A DNA stretch of 64,000 nucleotides. It comes from Eledone cirrhosa (taxonomy: Eukaryota). The notes below the pieces were generated by a model, which was given only the letters and a program-made list of their open reading frames with translations, searched no databases and was not told the origin of the DNA. Positions 55,790 through 64,000 of the stretch are shown here, piece after piece. The translations under genes were made by a program, and so were the position numbers. Positions within the stretch are counted from its first letter, which is position 1; every line of letters begins with the position of its first letter. The stretch is taken from contig OZ024763.1 of the NCBI GenBank assembly GCA_964016885.1, positions 13,454,001 through 13,518,000 of the forward strand, read 5' to 3'.

Positions 55790-57250
55790 TCTTCTTCTCG
55801 CAGTTATTTCCTGAGATGGTCATTGGGGGAAGAGTCCTCAAAAACTCCTTCCAGCAGGTCCTGTCAGTAGCAATTGTCTCCAACTGATCCAGCTGGATCC
55901 ACAAGCGAGACCAGCGAAACTCATGGATGCTATCCAACAACTTGCTCGGAAATCTACCCCTTGGTCTCCTGCCGGTTGGTTTTGCCCATAAAATCTGTCC
56001 AGCAATTCTTTCCTGAGATATTCTAACCACAAGTCCGTAGTATCGGAGCTGTGATCTCTCAATTCAGAGAAGTAGCAGATCTACCTGGAGTGACTCTCTG
56101 ATCTCAGAGCTACAAATCTGTCCAGTGATTCTTTCCTGAGACATTCTGACCACAAGTCCGTAGTATCGGATTTGTGATCACTCAATTCAGAGAAGTAGCA
56201 GATCTACCTGGAGTGACTCTCTGATCTCCAAGCTACAAATCTGTCCAGTGATTCTTTCCTGAGACATTCTGACCACAAGTCCGTAGTATCGGATTTGTGA
56301 TGTCAATTCAGAGAAGTAGCAGATCTACCTGGAGTGACTCTGATCTCCAAGCTACAAATCTGTCCAGTGATTCTTTCCTGAGATATTCTAACCACAAGTC
56401 CATAGTATCGGATTTGTGATCTCTCAATTCAGAGAAGTAGCAGATCTACCTGGAGTGACTCTCTGATCCCTAAGCTACAAATCTGTCCAGTGATTCTTTC
56501 CTGAGATATTCTAACCACAAGTCCGTAGTATCGGATTTGTGATCTCTCAATTCAGAGAAGTAGCAGATCTACCTGGAGTGAATCTCTGATCTCAGAGCTA
56601 CAAATCTGTCCAGTGATTCTTTCCTGAGATATTCTAACCACAAGTCCATAGTATCGGATTTGTGATCTCTCAATTCAGAGAAGTAGCAGATCTACCTGGA
56701 GTGACTCTCTGATCCCTAAGCTACAAATCTGTCCAGTGATTCTTTCCTGAGATATTCTAACCACAAGTCCATAGTATCGGATTTGTGATCTCTCAATTCA
56801 GAGAAGTAGCAGATCTACCTGGAGTGACTCTCTGATCCCTAAGCTACAAATCTGTCCAGTGATTCTTTCCTGAGATATTCTAACCACAAGTCCATAGTAT
56901 CGGATTTGTGATCTCTCAATTCAGAGAAGTAGCAGATCTATCTGGAGTGAATCTCTGATCTCCAAGCTACAAATCTGTCCAGTGATTCTTTCCTGAGACA
57001 TTCTGACCACAAGTCCGTAGTATCGGATTTGTGATCTCTCAATTCAGAGAAGTAGCAACTCTACCTGGAGTGACTCTCTGATCTCCAAGCTACAAATCTG
57101 TCCAGTGATTCTTTCCTGAGACATTCTAACCACATATCTATAGTATTGGAGCTGTGATATCTCAATTCGGAGAAGTAGCAGATCTATCTGGAGTGACTCT
57201 CTGATCTCCGAACTATGCACTTTATCAAGTAACGTTATTTCAAATACCCC
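55790..57250 (-). mobile_element. RTE 3' fragment with internal 123-bp x10 tandem expansion
   Basis: ORF 55761-56030 (GRRPRGR); units start at 55991, 56114, 56237, 56356, 56479, 56602, 56725, 56848, 56971 and 57094. Confidence 0.85.
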
Positions 57251-57482
57251 TTCAGTTATGGCTTTCCATAACTAAAGTGTGTTGGTTCAAATCCCAGGTT
57301 AACTTTCCCTTTCTTCCTTTTGAGTTCAATAAAATATAGTACTAGTTATGTACTGGAGTTGATTTAATCAAATTGTTGGCCTTGTGTCAATGTTAGAAAG
57401 AGTTGCTGTTGTTATTTAATCCCAGGTGAGTCCTGATAGATTAAAGCTGTTCCAGCTGTGATCGTCTTATCTTTTATTTAGA

Positions 57483-57945
57483 CACAATATATCTAGGACT
57501 ACATTATCTAATGTCCTTTCTTGGTGTTCACACCGTTTAACTAGGACTACATTATCTAATGTGTTCTTTCTTCTTACTGTTTTTGACAGTGTATCTAAGA
57601 CTACATTATCTAATGTGTCCTTTCTTCTTACTGTTTTTGACAGTGTATCTAAGACTACATTATCTAATGTGTCCTTTCTTCTTACTGTTTTTGACAGTGT
57701 ATCTAAGACTACATTATCTAATGTGTCCTTTCTTCTTACTGTTTTTGACAGTGTATCTAAGACTACATTATCTAATGTGTCCTTTCTTCTTACTGTTTTT
57801 GACAGTGTATCTAAGACTACATTATCTAATGTGTCCTTTCTTCTTACTGTTTTTGAAACAGTGCATATGGGACTCCATTATCTAATGTGTCCTTTCTTCT
57901 TGTTGACACAGTGTATCTAGGACTACATTATCTAAAGTGTCCTTG
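57483..57945. repeat. 54-bp tandem repeat, about 8 copies
   Basis: Unit ctaagactacattatctaatgtgtcctttcttcttactgtttttgacagtgtat. Confidence 0.92.
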
Positions 57946-58139
57946 TTGTTTGAAACAGCCTCTCTAGCGATGGTGTCATAATACTCAGTAGAATGTGGAA
58001 CCATAAGTAAGATGCATGCCTCCAGTCTGTCTGGGAGATCAGTAGTCCCAAATGAGTACTGACTCAGTCTTGAAAACCTGCCCGACCCTTGCTAGCAGTG
58101 AAAATGGATGTTAAATGATGACTACTATTGTATGTGCCT

Positions 58140-58645
58140 TGCACTGGAGAAACACCAGGATTCTGGCTTTCATGTAACACCGGCTCAGAGCAGGAGAGTT
58201 AAGGCAAAAAAGATATCGGATGCTGAATTTGTCGACGACATAGTTCTGGTGACAAACACAGTGAAGGAGGCAGAGGGTTTGATGCAGGAGGTGGAGACTG
58301 TGTCGATGAATGTGGGGCTGAGAATGAATGAGATTAAGTAGAAAATATTAAGAAGCCAGAGAAGATTACTAATGTAGGCGGGAAACCGCTAGAATTAGTT
58401 GAGGACTTCCTGTATTTGAGAGCAAAGATTGGGAATATGGGAGATGATGAACAAAGCCTGCGCGACATGCAACAGCTTGAGATCGGCGTGGAAGTCAGAC
58501 CTTCGTGAAGACCTGAAGATCCGTCTTTTCGTTGCTATAGTAGAGTCTGTGCTGCTGTACGGGTCTGAGACTTGGACACTGACCAAGAAACTCAGATGGT
58601 GGATGGGTGCTACACAAGAATGCTGAGGATGGCTCTGAACATTAA
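58140..58645 (+). mobile_element. Decayed RTE-like LINE RT fragment
   Basis: EFVDDIVL (FADD-like) and VESVLLYGSETWTLTK. Confidence 0.75.
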
Positions 58646-59209
58646 TCAGTATTAATCAGTATCAATAACTATGCTGGAAAGCATGGAGTAGAGGGTCGGA
58701 CGTCATGCTTTCCAGCATAGTTACGTCCCTTTACGATCTGAGTTCAAATCCCGCCGAGGTTGACTTTGCCTTTCATCCTTACGGGGTTGATAAAATAAAG
58801 TACCAGTAATGCACTGGTTAATTGCTGGCCTTGTGCCTAAAGTAGAGACAAGTATTAATCAGTATCAATGAGAATATCATTTCATTGTACGTCCACTTTT
58901 TCCCTGCTTGCAAGGGTGGGACGGGAACTGGTTTTGGCTTGATTTCTACAGCTGGATGCCCTTCCTAACACCAACCTCATTTACAGTGAGTGCTGGGTGC
59001 TTTTTTGCCGTGGCACCTCCACGACCACTTTGCAGTGGAATGATAGGGACCCCAGTCCCTATCATCTCATTTCTACAGCTGAGTAAACTGGAGCAATGTG
59101 AAATAAAGTGTCTTGCTCAAGGAAACAACACATCACCCGGTCTGAGAATTGAACTCACAACCTTTCGATTGCAAGGCCAATGCTCTAACCATTAAGCCAT
59201 GTGCCTCAA

Positions 59210-60765
59210 AAGTGTATGTATAGTACATAGGGTAATGTACAAACGTCAGGAAAATGAACAGTGCACGAGTCATGATATACACATGTGTGCGTGTGTATGG
59301 AAGGGGGACATCAGGTGTAGTTTTGGCGAATTTCGGGAAGCATGAGGGTTTTAAAGGATGCAGTGTCTCAACAGCTAACAACTGATGCAGGTAGTTTGTT
59401 CCATGCTTCAGCAACTCTGAGCGTGAAAAAATGTTTCCGAAAGTCATGGGAGCTGTGCTGTTTTCTGACTTTGTAGGCATCTCCACGTGTGTTAGACACA
59501 TGGAGATCAAAAAGGTACTCAGGGTTATTGTTAGCAAGATGGTTAATAATTTTGTGGGTATTTACCAAGTCCATTGCCAAACATCGGAGCTTCAATGAAT
59601 CCATGCCCAGAGAAGCAAGGCATTCAGAGTATGGTAGGTGTCTGATGGAGGGTATGCGCTTGGTTGTACGTCACTGAACAGTTTCGAGGAGGTCAATGTT
59701 CTGAACAAGATAGGGGTTCCAGACTGATGATGCGAATTCCAAGTGTGGTCGTACCATAGCTGTATACAACTTTAGATAAATGGCTGGAGAGCGGCTAACA
59801 AAGGTCTTGCTGAGTGATGCCAAGACACCCTCGGCCTTCTTGACAATTTTAGAGATGTGCTTTATCCAACGCAAATCGCTGCTGACAGTAATGCCCAGGT
59901 CACGTTCACAAGAGGACTTCTTGATATCAGTGTTGTGGAAGGCGTATGTGGACACTGGATTTTTCCTCCCAAAATGCATGGTGGTACACTTCTCCACAGC
60001 CAGCTTCAGTTGCCAGTCTGTGGTCCATTGCTGCATTGTGTCCAGGTCTGATTGTAGGAAAGAGTTATAGATTTCAGGATCTGTCCTTTTGATTTTTGAC
60101 AGGTGACGTGCGGTCGCCCTTTTTGAACAGGGGAATGACACAGGCAATTTTCCATTGCTCCGGAGTAGCACCATTGTTGAGACTATTGAAAGAAGAAAGA
60201 AAGCTGGTGCAAAAGAAAGTACCCGCCACGTTTGAGAAGCAGGTATGTAACACCATCAACACCAGGGAAGGCATAGTTGCGTTTATTCTTAAGGTGATGT
60301 TGCAGCATTGCAGGTGTAAATTCCATAGTTGTTATGGCATTTGATGTTAGAGATGGTGGAGATGGTACATTCTGGTTTTCAACAGTAAAAATGCTTGCAT
60401 AGCACTCAGCAATGAGTTCTGCGCATTCTTTGGGATCGTCAGTCATCTGGCTTGTGTGGGGATTGCGAAGAGGACCAACTGGAGAGTGAGGTCTCTGCTT
60501 TGAATGAACATATTTCCAGAACACCTTACTGTCAGGGCTGGTTGCTGTGCACTGTTCAAATTCAAGCACTGCCTTTTTTGTCACTTGCTTGAGATGGTTG
60601 GAAGATTTATTCTGCTTTTTTCTGTTGGCATCTGATTTATGCAGTTTATATTCCTGTTCAGCATTCCAACGTTCTTTCCTGGCAAGTCGGACCGCTGAAG
60701 TTTCCCAAATTGCACTTTTGGGGTGCTTTTTTTTCTGCTTACGTGGCACTGATGCTGCACACGCT
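59210..60765 (-). mobile_element. CR1/L2-type LINE ORF2 fragment with internal deletion of the RT core
   Basis: FWKYV, PGVDG, WKIACVIPLFKKGD, RDLGI, VRPHLEFASSVWNP, RKHFF..RV..WNKLP. The sequence jumps from KKGDRTSPV to the post-FADD region near 60100. Confidence 0.88.
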
Positions 60766-60917
60766 ATCCATATATATATAACCCTCATCGTTTAACGTCC
60801 ATTTTCCATGCTACCATGGGTCAGATAGGTTGATCCATTGGAGGTAAACTGGGTCAGGTGAATGTGTCTTGCCCATATAGAACTGTTTCTGGCTAGGTTT
60901 CTAGCCAGAAATAGTTC

Positions 60918-60948
<31 letters not shown>

Positions 60949-61018
60949 GTATAGAGCAAATGGAAACAACAAAGCAAACAACACAGTACAATAAAGAAAT
61001 ATATTAGTTTAACATTTG

Positions 61019-61055
<37 letters not shown>

Positions 61056-61152
61056 TATATGTATGTATATATACACACATACACACACACATAATCATCA
61101 TCATCACTGTTTTACGGTGACGATGATGATGTGTGTGTATGTGTATATATAT

Positions 61153-61189
<37 letters not shown>

Positions 61190-61286
61190 CATATATATAT
61201 GTGTGTATATATATCCCGTCTAACCCATGCTAGCGTGGAAGAACGGACGTAAAACGGTGATGATGATATATACATATATATGTACA

Positions 61287-61325
<39 letters not shown>

Positions 61326-61479
61326 AAGTATGTATGAAGTATCTTTGTTAGAAGAAATAGAAGATAAAATGAAACATTGTTTATAACTTGAAGTCAAGTG
61401 ACAAACAGTGTTTTATTATCTTCTGACAATGAGAGTTTATTAATACAATTAATATATTATTCTGCCTACTACAAAGACA

Positions 61480-61542
61480 TTTATAGTTTTATATATAAAC
61501 ACACATACATATATATATATAGACACACACACCCAGATACAG

Positions 61543-61585
<43 letters not shown>

Positions 61586-61702
61586 TGCACACATGTATGT
61601 ATATATATATATATATGGGAGAAGTAAACAGAAACAAAAAGCAAACAATACAGCGCAATGAAGAAATATATATATATATGCACATATACATACATATACA
61701 CT

Positions 61703-61796
<94 letters not shown>

Positions 61797-61806
61797 AGAA
61801 AAATAC

Positions 61807-61841
<35 letters not shown>

Positions 61842-62145
61842 AAGAAAAAATACTCACACACATATATATATATACATATATATATACACATACATACATG
61901 CACAAACACACACCACACACACATAAATATACATGTATATATAAATATATACCTGTATATATATACGTACGTATATACATATACACATATACATACGTAT
62001 ATACATATACACATATACATACGTATATACATATACACATATACATACGTATACACATATACATACGTATATACATATACACATATACATACGTATATAC
62101 ATATACACATATACATACGTATATACATATACACATATACATACG

Positions 62146-62189
<44 letters not shown>

Positions 62190-62247
62190 TGTATATATAT
62201 ATATGGATATATATACCGATATATACTGATATATATGTATATATATA

Positions 62248-62308
<61 letters not shown>

Positions 62309-62353
62309 ATATAAACTGATATATACTGATATATATATACTGATATATATATA

Positions 62354-62393
<40 letters not shown>

Positions 62394-62419
62394 CATATAT
62401 GTATATAAACTGATATATA

Positions 62420-62463
<44 letters not shown>

Positions 62464-62651
62464 AATATATATATATAGTTTTTTTTGTGGAATAACAAAT
62501 ACGACCAAGTTTAAATAATTACTCAATACATATTAATCAGGGAGAATCTGTAGCGGAATATACATACATACATGCATATATATATATATATATATGAATA
62601 TACATACATACATGCATATATATATATATATGAATATACATACATACATGC

Positions 62652-62682
<31 letters not shown>

Positions 62683-62684
62683 CA

Positions 62685-62742
<58 letters not shown>

Positions 62743-63910
62743 TATACATACATGCATATATATATATACATGCATATATATATATATATATACACACATG
62801 TACTCATATGTATACAATATTAATATATAATAAATTGTTCATGGCAAGGGTTCATTATATCACACATTCCTGGAGGTTTTCTGTCCAAGGGCGGCAAGAT
62901 GTGTATGTGTGTGTCTGTGTGTGTGTGTGTGTGTGTCTGTGTGTGTGTGTGTGTGTGTGAGATGTAGGGCGGCAAGATATGTATGTATATGTCTGTGTGT
63001 GTGTGTTTAAGTGTGTGTGTGTATATGTGTATGTGTGTGTGTGTATAATTGTTTGTGTGTGTTGCGTATGTATGTATGTGTATATTTGTTTGCGTGTGTC
63101 GGTTTAAACTGTGTATGTATTGTGTGTGTGTGTTGTGTTTGTGCTGGGTGTCTGTGTGTTTGTATGTGTGTAGAGTGTGTGTTGTGTGTAGGGTGTGTGT
63201 TGTGTAGAGTGCTGTGTGTGTTGTGTGTAGGGTGTGTGTTGTGTGGAGTGCTGTGTGTGTTGTGTGTAGGGTGTGTGTTGTGTGGAGTGCTGTGTGTGTG
63301 TGTTGTGTGGAGTGCTGTGTGTGTAGGGTGTGTGTTGTGTGGAGTGCTGTGTGTGTTATGTGTAGGGTGTGTGTTGTGTGGAGTGCTGTGTGTGTAGGGT
63401 GTGCGTTGTATGAACTGTGTGTGTATATGAGGTGTGTGTGTATGTGTAGTGCTGTATGTGTATATGAGGTGTGTGTGTATGTGTAGTGCTGTATGTGTAT
63501 ATGAGGTGTGTGTGTGTGTATGTGTAGTGATATGTGTATATGAGGTGTGTGTGTATGTGTAGTGATATGTGTATATGAGGTGTGTATGTGTAGTGACATG
63601 TGTATATGAGATGTGTGTGTGTATGTGTAGTGCTGTATGTGTATATGAGGTGTGTGTGTATGCGTAGTGATATGTGTATATGAGGTGTGTGTGTATGTGT
63701 AGTGATATGTGTATATGAGGTGTGTGTGTATGTGTAGTGATATGTGTATATGAGGTGTGTATGTGTAGTGACATGTGTATATGAGATGTGTGTGTGTATG
63801 TGTAGTGCTGTATGTGTATATGAGGTGTGTGTGTATGTGTAGTGATATGTGTATATGAGGTGTGTGTGTATGTGTAGTGCTGTATGTGTATGAGGTGTGT
63901 GTGTGTCAGT
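61480..63910. repeat. Low-complexity TA/CA/TG micro- and minisatellite field
   Basis: Degenerate tandem units such as atacatatacacatatacatacgt and gtgtatatgaggtgtgtgtgtatgtgtagt. Confidence 0.9.
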
Positions 63911-64000
63911 AACTATAGTAACACACAGCCTTGTGTGAACGATGAAGAGTTGTTTGTGTCCTGGATCTCAATCAAAGAACGTTCCTGAATGTTTTCACTT

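Overview
AT-rich, microsatellite-dense eukaryotic DNA; the SINE/RTE families and (TA)n density suggest an octopus or other coleoid cephalopod (inference). It holds two divergent intron-containing genes, assembled by hand from GT-AG junctions. WDR33 (the AAUAAA-reading CPSF subunit) is on the minus strand: five coding exons at 13634-1503, a probable non-coding first exon near 37161-37560, and the gene continues past the left edge. A complete 5-exon C3orf33-like gene (238 aa) is on the plus strand at 44132-55375. The rest is decayed RTE and CR1/L2 LINEs, two tRNA-derived SINE families, piggyBac/hAT/Tc1-type MITEs, LINE-derived tandem arrays and many fold-back remnants in (TA)n, about ten of which carry Penelope-type minimal hammerhead ribozyme motifs. 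The most interesting signals are: (1) an open intron read-through in WDR33 adding a hydrophobic tail at the junction where human WDR33 makes short membrane isoforms, followed by a UGGUCA cluster; (2) a minisatellite of 16 extra copies of a complete WDR33 3' splice site; (3) the dense hammerhead/fold-back population. All family assignments are from recalled motifs, not database searches. Most ORF-track entries are simple-repeat or SINE artefacts.
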